Shown piece after piece: positions 26,823 to 36,308 of a stretch of 64,000 nucleotides of DNA. The DNA comes from Escherichia phage REP5: sequence record OQ174504.1. The stretch is one strand, 5' to 3'. The notes under the pieces were generated by a model, which saw only the letters and a program-made list of their open reading frames with translations, ran no database searches and was not told where the DNA came from. A program made the position numbers and the translations under genes. Positions within the stretch are counted from its first letter, which is position 1. The number at the start of each line of letters is the position of its first letter.

Positions 26823-26830
26823 CATTTAAA

Positions 26831-26906
26831 TTTGCGGTTAGTCAGGGATTCGAACCCTGTGCCATTCGCTTAACAGGCGACCGCACATACCTTATGTGCT
26901 TCCTAA
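26831..26906 (-). tRNA. tRNA-Asn (GUU)
   Basis: D-stem GCAC/GTGC, anticodon stem GTCGC/GCGAA (one mismatch), loop CTGTTAA. Confidence 0.55.
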
Positions 26907-26966
26907 CCATATTTAGTATTACCAGACCGTATCTTTCAATTTTTTCCGCTAAAAATTTGATAAGTG

Positions 26967-26990
26967 TTGCTGTAAACGGTCTTCTGTAAA
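26967..26990. repeat. tRNA-cluster repeat element, copy 3
   Basis: TTGCTGTAAACGGTCTTCTGTAAA, directly abutting the 3' end of the tRNA at 26992. Confidence 0.55.
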
Positions 26991-26991
26991 A

Positions 26992-27068
26992 TTGGAGGCG
27001 GGTGCAGGAGTCGAACCTGCCGATACCATGCTAATGAGACATGTGAGACGCCCTTTCTCTATACCCGC
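26992..27068 (-). tRNA. second CAU-anticodon tRNA (Met, fMet or Ile2)
   Basis: D-stem GAGA/TCTC, anticodon stem CATGT/GCATG, loop CTCATTA; 1-72 mismatch. Confidence 0.5.
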
Positions 27069-27133
27069 AATTCTTAATGACCAGACCAAATCTCTTCTTT
27101 GTCCGATTTACCTTCAGATGAATAAGATTAAGT

Positions 27134-27157
27134 TTGCTGTAATTGGTCTTCTGTCAA
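27134..27157. repeat. tRNA-cluster repeat element, copy 4
   Basis: TTGCTGTAATTGGTCTTCTGTCAA, abutting the 3' end of tRNA-Glu. Confidence 0.5.
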
Positions 27158-27160
27158 AAC

Positions 27161-27238
27161 TGGCGTTCCAGAAGGGATTTGAACCCTCAGATATCCACTT
27201 TGAAAGAGTGGTGACTATACCATTTTGTCTACTGGAAC
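27161..27238 (-). tRNA. tRNA-Glu (UUC)
   Basis: Acceptor GTTCCAG/CTGGAAC, anticodon stem CCACT/AGTGG, loop CTTTCAA. Confidence 0.6.
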
Positions 27239-27245
27239 ATTAATT

Positions 27246-27325
27246 TGGTCTCCGTTGAAGGATTTGAACCCTCGACCCCTTGCTCCCAAAGCAAGTGCTG
27301 CTAAACCAAACTGAGCTAAACGGAG
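27246..27325 (-). tRNA. tRNA-Pro (UGG)
   Basis: Anticodon stem CTTGC/GCAAG, loop TTTGGGA, T-arm GAGGG-TTCAAAT-CCTTC, CCA. Confidence 0.55.
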
Positions 27326-27449
27326 ATAAACTTTTCAAACTCTATGTAACCACTTTAACATTATTTTTTAGTGGTTGTCAAGAACTTTTTTAAAATATTT
27401 TTCAGTATCTTAGAAAAGCTCTCATTTCGTTTCTATGTAGAACATATTA

Positions 27450-27490
27450 AAGGGTATTAAACACATTGTCAATACCCTTTTTAAAACTTT
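27450..27490. terminator. terminator-like hairpin downstream of vWA-like gene
   Basis: Hairpin AGGGTATT...AATACCCT; T-run is clear on plus orientation, weaker on minus. Confidence 0.4.
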
Positions 27491-28906
27491 TTACCAGATG
27501 TAACGGTCAATCGTTACTGCTTTGAGCATTACGCTGATTGGGTCAAACTTCTCACCACCAAGCAGAGCTTTTAAAGTGGCTGGAGAGAACCCTGATACCA
27601 TTGCTACACCGTTATCCTTAACAGATACTTCGCAAGTACCATTACGGTTTGCTAAGTACCAGAATACCAGTTGTGGCATCTCATATCCAGCTTTTTTGTA
27701 CTTACTCTGAATTGCTTCAAAGTTTGTACGACCGTTAGCTCCATCAACCTGATTGAACTCCATATCGGAGAAGATGATAAGCTTACTTGGCATATCTTTC
27801 TGAGTCAAGTTGTTTCTCTTACCTGTCTCAAGGATGCGGTCAAAAGCTGCTTGTAAGTTAGTTGAACCATATTCAACATGTCGCATCACCTGACGGTGAC
27901 GGTTCTTTAAATCGCCACTCAGTTCGATGAAATGAGGGTTTGTTGAATAAACCATTAACTCGTTCTTAAAGCAACCTGTATTGCGTTCTGCTACATACAA
28001 GGCAAGTGATACACCAATATCAAGGGCAGTAATTGAGCCAAAATTCACCCAAGACATTGAACTTGAAACATCAGACATACATAGAATGTTTTCACCCTCT
28101 GCCATCCAGTTTGGTAGTGCTTTCCACTGCTCATTAGCAACATCTGCATTACCATACTTAACAGATTTAATCACATCGTATGGATAAACAGCACCAGCGT
28201 TAATCTTAGTCTCACCCTTTGATAAGGACTCGATGTAAGCTTTGTAACGCTCTCCATCTTTACGGTTAAACAGTTTTTGGTAACGTGCAGCAGCAAGTGA
28301 AGGAATCTTACTGTAGTCAATATTACCAAACTCATTAGCAGAGATTTTTTGCTCAACTGTATCAGATAGTGCAGACAATAGTGTGCGGTACTCTTTCTCA
28401 CTCAAGTTGGCAAACTTGCAGAAACGTTTTACAAACTGCTTATGACGTGGTTTGACTCGTGGTAACCACTTAGCTGCTAAACCTGCTGTTGCAGGGTCTA
28501 GTAAAGCTGCTTCTAAATGTTTGAAGGCATCTGTCTCGAAACGAGTACCTACAAAGATTTTGAAGTCATCAAAACGACCAAGTTCTGCAATCTTATCCAT
28601 AATGCGAAGAACCTGCGTAGGCTCTAAAACTTTATCTTCAATCGCTTGAAGTAAAACAGTTCGGAAAGCTTTACGCTCACCCATACCCTCTCGTACATCT
28701 CGCATATGCAGTAAAATACGAACTGCAACATCAACATCCTCATGCAAAGCTTTGTAGAACAAGTCTGGTAAGATTTCTACATTGCTACGGCTAGAACCAG
28801 CAGCTTTGTAAAAGTCCACAAGAGCAGACATTGATGAAGTATGGTTTACAGCACCATTTTCAGTTCGACCTGCATGAAGGTGCGCATGTTTAAATAACTC
28901 GCTCAT
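27491..28906 (-). CDS. vWA-like (DUF2828-type) protein
   Basis: 471-aa ORF; MIDAS-like DxSxS motif in CMSDVSSSM. Confidence 0.5.
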   Translation of the reverse strand: MSELFKHAHLHAGRTENGAVNHTSSMSALVDFYKAAGSSRSNVEILPDLFYKALHEDVDVAVRILLHMRDVREGMGERKAFRTVLLQAIEDKVLEPTQVLRIMDKIAELGRFDDFKIFVGTRFETDAFKHLEAALLDPATAGLAAKWLPRVKPRHKQFVKRFCKFANLSEKEYRTLLSALSDTVEQKISANEFGNIDYSKIPSLAAARYQKLFNRKDGERYKAYIESLSKGETKINAGAVYPYDVIKSVKYGNADVANEQWKALPNWMAEGENILCMSDVSSSMSWVNFGSITALDIGVSLALYVAERNTGCFKNELMVYSTNPHFIELSGDLKNRHRQVMRHVEYGSTNLQAAFDRILETGKRNNLTQKDMPSKLIIFSDMEFNQVDGANGRTNFEAIQSKYKKAGYEMPQLVFWYLANRNGTCEVSVKDNGVAMVSGFSPATLKALLGGEKFDPISVMLKAVTIDRYIW

Positions 28907-28986
28907 ATTTTACTCTCTTCTCTCATTGTTGTTTGATGTGACAGACTTTAGAGCAACTTTGTAGAGTCTGTCAACACCTTTTAAAA

Positions 28987-29358
28987 TTATTTTTTGAGAG
29001 TCGCTACAGCAGAGAACGTTGGCTTGTTATCTGTCTGAGACTGACCACCATTATCAGGGGTCTTCTTAGTGTCTGCTGCAATCGCTTTCATCTCACCTGC
29101 TGAGTGAGTCATGATAGTTTTACCAGCCTCCATCATCGACTTCAGGTTTACATCGTCAGTCGTTAAACCGAACTCTGCAAGCTTATCAGCGTCCCTTGTA
29201 ACAATCGCCTCAAACAACTTTGCAGCAAACTCAGCAGAATTATCAATGGTCAGTTGAGCTTTTACGAGTGAGCTTTTGTTACGAGAGCCTTTTGGTCTTC
29301 CAGATGGGTTTCCAGACTGGCCTTTTTTAAACTGGCCTTTGTTTGTTCTGTTTTTCAT
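28987..29358 (-). CDS. basic putative DNA-binding protein
   Basis: 123-aa ORF with N-terminal KGQSGNPSGRPKG motif. Confidence 0.45.
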   Translation of the reverse strand: MKNRTNKGQFKKGQSGNPSGRPKGSRNKSSLVKAQLTIDNSAEFAAKLFEAIVTRDADKLAEFGLTTDDVNLKSMMEAGKTIMTHSAGEMKAIAADTKKTPDNGGQSQTDNKPTFSAVATLKK

Positions 29359-29533
29359 TGGTATGCCTCTTATAAGACCTCTTAAAAGGCTTTTAAGATA
29401 AAAGATAGATATCCAGAAAGATATCTGTTTAAATAGCCTTTTTAGAGGAACCTTTTAAGTAATCTTCTAAGTATTTATAAGCCTACACCTTGTCAAGTAC
29501 CTTGTCAACAACTTTTTTAACTTGCAATAGTTC

Positions 29534-29562
29534 TTGACTTGTTGTATGGATTACTGTACCAT
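29534..29562 (+). promoter_or_regulatory. sigma70-like promoter for plus-strand block
   Basis: TTGACT, 17-nt spacer, TACCAT; preceded by direct repeat CCTTGTCAA x2. Confidence 0.3.
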
Positions 29563-29607
29563 CTTACTTAAAGCTGTAGGTCTGCCTTGTTCTACAAAGG
29601 AGACTTA

Positions 29608-29769
29608 ATGAGAAAATCAAATAAACCGAAGAAAGGTAAGAATACCAATCACTGTAAGGAATCAAAAAGGGTAGAATTAATCTACTATTCGTCCTCTGAA
29701 ATTGGTCTGTACCTGTTCTTTCAAAATTACAGAAGACAAGAGGATTATCTATGTGTAGTTCCCAATTAG
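29608..29769 (+). CDS. small basic protein
   Basis: ORF 29587..29769 re-started at the Met preceded by AAGGAG. Confidence 0.3.
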   Translation: MRKSNKPKKGKNTNHCKESKRVELIYYSSSEIGLYLFFQNYRRQEDYLCVVPN

Positions 29770-29977
29770 AAATCGCAGATATTATAGATTTATATCAAAC
29801 TGCAAAGAGTCATGGCTATATAACCTCAATTGGAAAGAATAGTCACTATGATGCTTTGACTGGAATGTATTTCAGGGCAATGGCTCAATCTAGTGAACAA
29901 CACTTAATGGTTTCTTCCAGTGAGTTTACTTCGTTTCTCTATTGCAGCAAAATTATAAACCGCAGGAGAACTGAAAA

Positions 29978-30568
29978 ATGTTAACAGTAAGTTTTAATTA
30001 CAATAGTGATGGCTCTGTATCAATTAATTCACCATATGCAAATGACCTACTTAAAGAGTTAGTAAACCAGTGTGAAAGAGGTCTTCACTATGTTCAAAAT
30101 TCTTTTAAACAGAAAACTATTGCTAATAACTTGATGCGTGTAACAGTGACGACATCGAATCCAAATTATGATATTGATAGTGGAAGCCCTTACTCTTTAG
30201 TGGCTCTTGGAGAGCTAAATCAACTTAAACTTGTATGCCACGACTCAGAAACATTTCTTAAGGTATTTTCCAACCTTATCCATAATAATAAGTACAGCTA
30301 CGTTGATGGTAGTGTAAACTTCTATCCAGCAAACTATACATGCTTGTTGATTGATAATATGGGAAGTGGCAGGATTGAACCTACAGAAATTTCATTTGAT
30401 GTGAACTCTAGTCCAGATGCAGAAACAGGTAAGAACTTTGATATGAGTTACGCATTGTCACTCAGTAAGAAATCCGAGTTCATTGATTATGTCAATGGAT
30501 TTGGTTTTAAGTTTGATGAGAGTATGAATCTTAAAAAACTTAAGAACCTACTTAAGACTAAAGCTTAA
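29978..30568 (+). CDS. hypothetical protein
   Basis: 196-aa ORF; terminator hairpin downstream. Confidence 0.45.
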   Translation: MLTVSFNYNSDGSVSINSPYANDLLKELVNQCERGLHYVQNSFKQKTIANNLMRVTVTTSNPNYDIDSGSPYSLVALGELNQLKLVCHDSETFLKVFSNLIHNNKYSYVDGSVNFYPANYTCLLIDNMGSGRIEPTEISFDVNSSPDAETGKNFDMSYALSLSKKSEFIDYVNGFGFKFDESMNLKKLKNLLKTKA

Positions 30569-30575
30569 GTGTGAA

Positions 30576-30604
30576 TAGGGGCTGATGCCCCTTTAATTAT
30601 TTAT
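30576..30604 (+). terminator. rho-independent terminator
   Basis: AGGGGCTGATGCCCCT followed by T-rich tract. Confidence 0.45.
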
Positions 30605-30760
30605 AAGCACACCCTATAAAGGTAAAAGTGTAAAAGACTTTATTGCTCCCACAACTACACATCAATTCCGTGAAATAGTGAAGTGCGTCATTGTTGGTGA
30701 TGTGTCCCACTATATAAAGTTTATTTTGAGATTAAACGCACATTTAGAGGATAAAAAGAA

Positions 30761-31642
30761 ATGATTAAAGCAAAGACTTACCCAGACTTCAAAGAGTTTG
30801 TAAAAGGTTTTGTTGCAAATGTAAAGGCTGGTAAGAGATATGATTTTAGAACATATCAAGAGGCTATTTTACCGCTTACCTATAGCTCGTATTGGCCTGA
30901 AGCTGATATTGCAGAAGTTAAGAAGTTTGACTATAAACCAGACTATAAAGTTCCATTTAGTGATGAGTTGCTTTACAGCATTGGTGCTCAAATGAGAACT
31001 TCTGACTTCTTCATGGACTTACAATATGCAATTATCAATGGTAAAGACGTTGATACAGTTTATTGTGAATGGCTGGCAAGAGTTAAACCATTCTCAATGT
31101 TGAATGCTAAGTTGAAGGATGCTGTCAAGACACCAGAAATCACTCAGCAACCAACCAATCAAACAGTAAATGAAGGTGGTACACTTACCCTAAGCATTAT
31201 TGCAACCAATGCAACTGGGTATCAATGGAAGAAAGATGGTTCTGACATTCCTTCGGCTACAGAAGCTACCTATAGCAAGTCTGGCGCACTGCCAGCAGAT
31301 GCAGGTTCATACACTTGCGTTGTAACAGGTGCAGGTGGTTCTGTCACTTCCAACCCTGCAACAGTTACTGTGAACGCACTTCCAGTAATCACTCAACAGC
31401 CAACCAATCAAGAAATCAATGAAGGTGAGACCTTAACGCTGAATGTTGTGGCAACAGGTGCAACAGGTTACCAGTGGAAGAAAGGTGAGGAAGACATCCT
31501 CAATGCAACCTCTGCAACTTACACCAAAGAAGGTGCAACTGCTGCTGATTCAGGAAGCTACACCTGTGTAGTTACTGGTGCAGGTGGTTCTGTAACATCT
31601 AACGCAGCAACAGTTACAGTTAATCCAGTAGGAGGGGCATAA
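30761..31642 (+). CDS. protein with two tandem Ig-like repeats
   Basis: 293-aa ORF; two ~80-aa repeats ITQQPTNQ..GATGYQWKK..SYTCVVTGAGGSVTSN..TVTVN; stop overlaps endolysin start. Confidence 0.5.
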   Translation: MIKAKTYPDFKEFVKGFVANVKAGKRYDFRTYQEAILPLTYSSYWPEADIAEVKKFDYKPDYKVPFSDELLYSIGAQMRTSDFFMDLQYAIINGKDVDTVYCEWLARVKPFSMLNAKLKDAVKTPEITQQPTNQTVNEGGTLTLSIIATNATGYQWKKDGSDIPSATEATYSKSGALPADAGSYTCVVTGAGGSVTSNPATVTVNALPVITQQPTNQEINEGETLTLNVVATGATGYQWKKGEEDILNATSATYTKEGATAADSGSYTCVVTGAGGSVTSNAATVTVNPVGGA

Positions 31643-32106
31643 TGCAACTCTCAAGAAAAGGTTTAGAAGCTATTAAGTTCTTTGAAGGCATTAAGCTAGA
31701 GGCTTACGAAGACTCTGCCGGAATCCCAACAATCGGGTATGGTACAATCCGTATTGACGGAAAACCTGTTAAGATGGGTATGAAGATTACCGCTGAACAA
31801 GCTGAACAGTATCTTCTTGCAGATGTTGAAAAGTTCGTTGCAGCAGTGAACAAAGCCATCAAGGTTCCAACTTCTCAGAATGAGTTTGATGCACTTGTAA
31901 GTGAAACATACAACATTGGTATCACAGCTATGCAGGACTCTACATTTATCAAGCGCCACAATGCTGGTAATAAGGTCGGTTGTGCAGAAGCTATGCAGTG
32001 GTGGAACAAGGTTACAGTAAAAGGTAAGAAGGTCACTTCAAACGGCCTGAAAAACAGACGTAGAATGGAAGCTGACATTTATCTTGACAGTGTATATCCA
32101 AAGTAA
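31642..32106 (+). CDS. endolysin (T4-lysozyme-like muramidase, GH24-type)
   Basis: 154-aa ORF; LEAIKFFEG..EAYEDSAGIPTIGYGT..SETYNIG pattern typical of phage lysozymes. Confidence 0.8.
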   Translation: MQLSRKGLEAIKFFEGIKLEAYEDSAGIPTIGYGTIRIDGKPVKMGMKITAEQAEQYLLADVEKFVAAVNKAIKVPTSQNEFDALVSETYNIGITAMQDSTFIKRHNAGNKVGCAEAMQWWNKVTVKGKKVTSNGLKNRRRMEADIYLDSVYPK

Positions 32107-32115
32107 TATCTTCAT

Positions 32116-32143
32116 AGGCTCCTTCGGGAGCCTTTTTTATTTT
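32116..32143 (+). terminator. rho-independent terminator after endolysin
   Basis: GGCTCCTTCGGGAGCC followed by TTTTTTATTTT. Confidence 0.7.
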
Positions 32144-32157
32144 CTAAGGAGAAAACT

Positions 32158-32556
32158 ATGAAACTTTGGGCTAGTGACTTTGGAACTTTTAAGTACACTC
32201 GTAATGGCTCGCTTGTACGCATTGTCGGAAACAATGTGGTTTCAAGAGGTGACAAGGTATATACACGGTTTACTGTAGAGCTTGTTGAGCTGTCGCCTAT
32301 TGAGTCTGTGAACAATGGACTCTTCAAGTTTGAGACTTACAATGTCAATGAACATGGACAATTCAACCCTCTTGGTGAAAGTGGACTTGATATTATTTCA
32401 GAACACCCATTGACAAAAGAGCAACTTGCAAGTTATTATAAAACTGTTCTTGAAAGGCAGTTAGCAACACATGAACAAGAAGCTAACTATCATTTACAAC
32501 ATTGTGAAGCTTTAAGAGCAAAAATCGAACAAGCAGAGAGAGGTTTTTATGAATAA
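32158..32556 (+). CDS. hypothetical protein
   Basis: 132-aa ORF with RBS AAGGAG. Confidence 0.45.
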   Translation: MKLWASDFGTFKYTRNGSLVRIVGNNVVSRGDKVYTRFTVELVELSPIESVNNGLFKFETYNVNEHGQFNPLGESGLDIISEHPLTKEQLASYYKTVLERQLATHEQEANYHLQHCEALRAKIEQAERGFYE

Positions 32557-32944
32557 TAGCAGTCATATCCACGTTAAAGTTGATGTCAGTCGTTACAGTG
32601 AAAATGAAGAATTAGACCTGCAAGATGCTCTTCTCTTTGAGAAGAATGGCAATCTGCATTTGCATTTTGAAGGTACAAACACATATCTCCACAGATGCCG
32701 AGATGATGCCGATGGTTGTCCTGTTTTTGCTTGGTACAATTTAGAGTTTCCTCTTTATGCAATCCATTATCCAGATGGTGGAGAAGACTGGACAACTCAA
32801 TCAATCTTTGATGAGCTTAATGGTGTTCCAGTTGAGCAAGAAGAGCGAGAGCCTGTTGAACTTACCTTCACCTTTATCAAAGAAGAGAAAGTAGGTGACT
32901 TGTCAGTAACTGAAGCAATTCAAGTCTCACAGGTGATTCGTTAA
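32549..32944 (+). CDS. hypothetical protein
   Basis: 131-aa ORF, overlapping start. Confidence 0.4.
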   Translation: MNNSSHIHVKVDVSRYSENEELDLQDALLFEKNGNLHLHFEGTNTYLHRCRDDADGCPVFAWYNLEFPLYAIHYPDGGEDWTTQSIFDELNGVPVEQEEREPVELTFTFIKEEKVGDLSVTEAIQVSQVIR

Positions 32945-33237
32945 TGAGTAAAGTACAGGTTATTTTCCCTATTTGTGACTTCTCACTAGAGCGTGAACTT
33001 GACCTGTACGAAGAAATTACTGACGAAATCATCTGGTCTGTTGTAGAAGAGGCTATCAAGAAACTGTATGGTGGCCTCTTAAATCCATCAAGTAAAAAGC
33101 TCACTACTAAGCAAGTAGCTGATACGTACACTTCATATGATGCCTACAACAAGCCTTTTGAGAACACCTGCTTTGACCTTATGGTAGGTAATAATAAAGT
33201 CAACTATTTCTTCGTCAGAGAGTTTAACGATGAGTAA
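32944..33237 (+). CDS. hypothetical protein
   Basis: 97-aa ORF. Confidence 0.4.
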   Translation: MSKVQVIFPICDFSLERELDLYEEITDEIIWSVVEEAIKKLYGGLLNPSSKKLTTKQVADTYTSYDAYNKPFENTCFDLMVGNNKVNYFFVREFNDE

Positions 33238-33574
33238 GCTCCATGTCACAGTTTACAAAAACTTCTCAGATATTAAAGAGTCTTTAACAAATAAGCTTGA
33301 CATGCAACGGAAAAGACTCTTTTTAATGTACGATATCGACAACTACGACCATCCTAAAGAGTTTAACTACAAAGATGGTACAAAGGTTGTTGAATTTGAA
33401 GATTCTGTAACGGTGTATGTCAAGTATGACTTACCAGCGAAGTATATAGGGATGTTAGAGTATTACATATTCAAACATACAGGTATGCGTGGTGAATCTG
33501 TCAAGATATCTTCTATAGAAGTTTTTGAGAAACCTAACACCCAACTTAAAAAGTATTTAATGAGGAAACTGTAA
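33230..33574 (+). CDS. hypothetical protein
   Basis: 114-aa ORF. Confidence 0.4.
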   Translation: MSKLHVTVYKNFSDIKESLTNKLDMQRKRLFLMYDIDNYDHPKEFNYKDGTKVVEFEDSVTVYVKYDLPAKYIGMLEYYIFKHTGMRGESVKISSIEVFEKPNTQLKKYLMRKL

Positions 33575-34155
33575 TGTCCGAAGAGCAACAGAATATCACT
33601 CCACAAGTAACACTGGTACAGCATTTTGGAAACATTGAAGGGTGTATTGCACTTTTTCAGCCAAGTATTAACTCTCCCGCAAAAGTTTGTAAGTTGACTA
33701 TGAATGTCAACAATATCAGTGTTTGTCTTGTTGATGAAGTTCAGTACTTCAAGTTCAATGACAGAGAAGTTGATGCAGCTTTGTTGAAGTATCGTGCAAA
33801 TCTCGAAAAAGACATTGACCACAAAGAGCTTGTAACACTGTTTGGTGACCTTCACAAGCTTCTTGAAAAGGTTATGAAGCGTACATACTACATGAACAAC
33901 GGTTCAATTATCACCACTTTGATTTCACCATGTATTTCAGAGCCAATTTTAACTGATGATGGTGGCTACTACGTGGTAGCATCAGCAGACTCTGATTGGT
34001 GGATGAAGAACACAGCACTTAAAACTGTGATTGAGGCTATCCGTGAACACATACCTTCATTCAGCCCGTGGAAAGGCAAAAGTGATGATTTCATTGCACT
34101 ATTGAGTGAAGAGAGTAACAAGCGCAGTGCATTGCTGCCTAAAAAATACTCTTGA
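33574..34155 (+). CDS. hypothetical protein
   Basis: 193-aa ORF. Confidence 0.4.
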   Translation: MSEEQQNITPQVTLVQHFGNIEGCIALFQPSINSPAKVCKLTMNVNNISVCLVDEVQYFKFNDREVDAALLKYRANLEKDIDHKELVTLFGDLHKLLEKVMKRTYYMNNGSIITTLISPCISEPILTDDGGYYVVASADSDWWMKNTALKTVIEAIREHIPSFSPWKGKSDDFIALLSEESNKRSALLPKKYS

Positions 34156-34238
34156 CCGAGTATACAACACTGGTTATGATGGGAGCTATCGAGAGGTAGT
34201 TCCCTTTTTAGTTTCTAGATAAGAGACATGGTAAAAGA

Positions 34239-34457
34239 ATGAAAAAACTAACTACAGTTGAAGATTACTACAAACTGTCCCTGTTAGAACAGTATCGTAG
34301 GAGCCAGAATATCAGAAAATGCTATGGTAAACACGCTGAAGGTGACTTTTACCGTTGCTACGATGCAGATTTAAAAGGTGTAACACCTAGAGGGAAAGTC
34401 CTGCAAAGACTTGTTGACCTTGAGTGGAACAAACGATTGAGAGGGGTTGGGAAATGA
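34239..34457 (+). CDS. hypothetical protein
   Basis: 72-aa ORF. Confidence 0.35.
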   Translation: MKKLTTVEDYYKLSLLEQYRRSQNIRKCYGKHAEGDFYRCYDADLKGVTPRGKVLQRLVDLEWNKRLRGVGK

Positions 34458-34957
34458 TTTACGAAGAAAGATACAAGATAGATTATCAGAAGACTGGTCA
34501 TCACACTTCACTAAGAGTAACCAAACCAAATGGGGATACTGGTATCATAGCACATTTTGGTGGTGATTATTGGTACGGCACAGGTTGCTTTGAAGGCTAC
34601 ACTCAAGAATACTTAAAAGCTTTCTACAGAGACTTTACAAATGACTACAACAGGGTTGTTGAAGAGAAGAATAAGTGCATTAAGCATGAATACCATGCCA
34701 GAGGTTGTCTGAATATTGTTATGATACTGGTTTTCTTCTTAGCAACATTACTAGCCGTATCAGCAATCAGCTACATAGCTCAAGACTTGACCATTACACA
34801 GATTACTGCAAAGGTACATGATGTTTGGTACTTGTATGCTGTTCCTTTAGCTGGTATCATCATCTCACTAATGAGGTTCAGAGTTCATAAGAAACGACTT
34901 AAGGACTCTGAGGTTAAACTTGAAGAGGTAAGTAAAGAATGCAACCTACAATTATAG
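34424..34957 (+). CDS. membrane protein
   Basis: 177-aa ORF with TM segment IVMILVFFLATLLAVSAISYIA. Confidence 0.4.
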   Translation: MEQTIERGWEMIYEERYKIDYQKTGHHTSLRVTKPNGDTGIIAHFGGDYWYGTGCFEGYTQEYLKAFYRDFTNDYNRVVEEKNKCIKHEYHARGCLNIVMILVFFLATLLAVSAISYIAQDLTITQITAKVHDVWYLYAVPLAGIIISLMRFRVHKKRLKDSEVKLEEVSKECNLQL

Positions 34958-35033
34958 CTGTATGTGTTCGTTTTGCAATCGCTGAAATGATTAACAAGGC
35001 AATCTTAAAAGATGCCTATGGAGAGACTAAGTA

Positions 35034-35258
35034 ATGATTAAGACACCTGTACCAATTTTTGGATTTCCTTCTATAGAAGAGTTTAAAGTTTATCTTGACA
35101 AAAACTTCTACAATGAGCAGCCTGTTACTCTGCTGAAGAGTGACTTATCAGAGCTTCTTGATATGGTTATCAAGGCAACTCCTGAGAAGGAGCCTGAACA
35201 GAAAGCTGAGAAGAAGACCAGTAAGAAATCTGATAAGAAGACTGAAAAGTCTGAGTAA
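35034..35258 (+). CDS. hypothetical protein with Lys/Glu-rich tail
   Basis: 74-aa ORF. Confidence 0.35.
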   Translation: MIKTPVPIFGFPSIEEFKVYLDKNFYNEQPVTLLKSDLSELLDMVIKATPEKEPEQKAEKKTSKKSDKKTEKSE

Positions 35259-35311
35259 GAACTTGAGGGGTTACTTGATAGCCCCTTTGTAGAAACTTAG
35301 AAGGTAGCGAA

Positions 35312-35740
35312 ATGAAAGAGCATGTAGGTAAAGAGCTTGACATTGTAGATGCAAAGACACAGAGATATATAACTACTGTTAAGTTTCTTGGAATTAGTGA
35401 TATGAGTGATTTTTATCCTCTCCACTGCATAGTGCTAGACAAATTTGAGGTTTGTGGTATTAATTTTAATGAGGATAACTTTATAAGCTTTGATAAGGAC
35501 GGTTTCTGGCGTGGTAAGAACCACCCTCAAGCAAATGATTTTGATATGCGTCTAGTGATACCACAAAAAGGTAACCAACAAAACGTAAAAGATATCCTTG
35601 TAGAAGCCTATGCAGAAGGTATAATAGATGTTGTGAATGATGTTGAAAAAGCTTTAAAACTCATCATGCCACATTTAGAATCTGGAAAGCTGACTTTAGA
35701 GATGCTTAATAGGGTTATTCGGAGAGCTTATGAAAATTAA
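35312..35740 (+). CDS. hypothetical protein
   Basis: 142-aa ORF. Confidence 0.4.
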   Translation: MKEHVGKELDIVDAKTQRYITTVKFLGISDMSDFYPLHCIVLDKFEVCGINFNEDNFISFDKDGFWRGKNHPQANDFDMRLVIPQKGNQQNVKDILVEAYAEGIIDVVNDVEKALKLIMPHLESGKLTLEMLNRVIRRAYEN

Positions 35741-36269
35741 AGAAGTTGAAGGTAACTATCTAGTCCTTGATTGGAGTGATGTTCAAGAAGCACTCTCCAA
35801 AGAGAGTCTTAGCATACTAGAGCAACTTATCTTCTCAGTACGGCATATCAGAGAAGTTAAAAATGGTAAAGAGCCACTTGAAGGAATCTTTGTAGAGAAG
35901 TCTTATCCGTTCTATGAAGACACCTTGCAGAAAGTTAAAATGTACTTTAAACAGAAGAACCGTAAAGTGGTCACTATGGTATCTCTTGGTGGACAGAGTA
36001 TGTCTGTGATGGAAGATATCAACCCTAAGAGACCGAGTAAAGGCGTTTGTATAAAAATCACAGGACATGAAGAGTATATCTCAGTGGATGACTTTAGTGC
36101 ATTCTGTAATGGGTCTTGTGTCTTTAATGGTTTTCACTATGATATCCGAGTATACCCAATCAAGGGAGATGATATCATGATGCAGGTATTCGATAACAAC
36201 AATGGATTCACTCATTTTTATCAGACAACCAAGTCATCACTGAAGACAGTTCTGGAAACACTGATTTAA
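35730..36269 (+). CDS. hypothetical protein
   Basis: 179-aa ORF; terminator downstream. Confidence 0.4.
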   Translation: MKIKEVEGNYLVLDWSDVQEALSKESLSILEQLIFSVRHIREVKNGKEPLEGIFVEKSYPFYEDTLQKVKMYFKQKNRKVVTMVSLGGQSMSVMEDINPKRPSKGVCIKITGHEEYISVDDFSAFCNGSCVFNGFHYDIRVYPIKGDDIMMQVFDNNNGFTHFYQTTKSSLKTVLETLI

Positions 36270-36280
36270 AATATCTTAAG

Positions 36281-36308
36281 AGCCTCCTTAATTGGGGGCT
36301 TTTTATTG
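36281..36308 (+). terminator. rho-independent terminator ending plus-strand block
   Basis: AGCCTCCTTAATTGGGGGCT followed by TTTTATT. Confidence 0.6.

Noticed and set aside
22281-27243. ORF-track entries inside the tRNA island (22281..22508, 22476..22751, 24588..24827, 25875..26180, 26266..26523, 26992..27243)
   Set aside because: They overlap well-folded tRNA genes on the opposite or same strand, lack RBS and read through conserved tRNA stems; treated as spurious.
27450-27490. Strong minus-strand terminator for the vWA-like gene
   Set aside because: The hairpin is real, but the T-run is convincing only in the plus orientation; kept as a low-confidence, strand-ambiguous terminator rather than a firm call.
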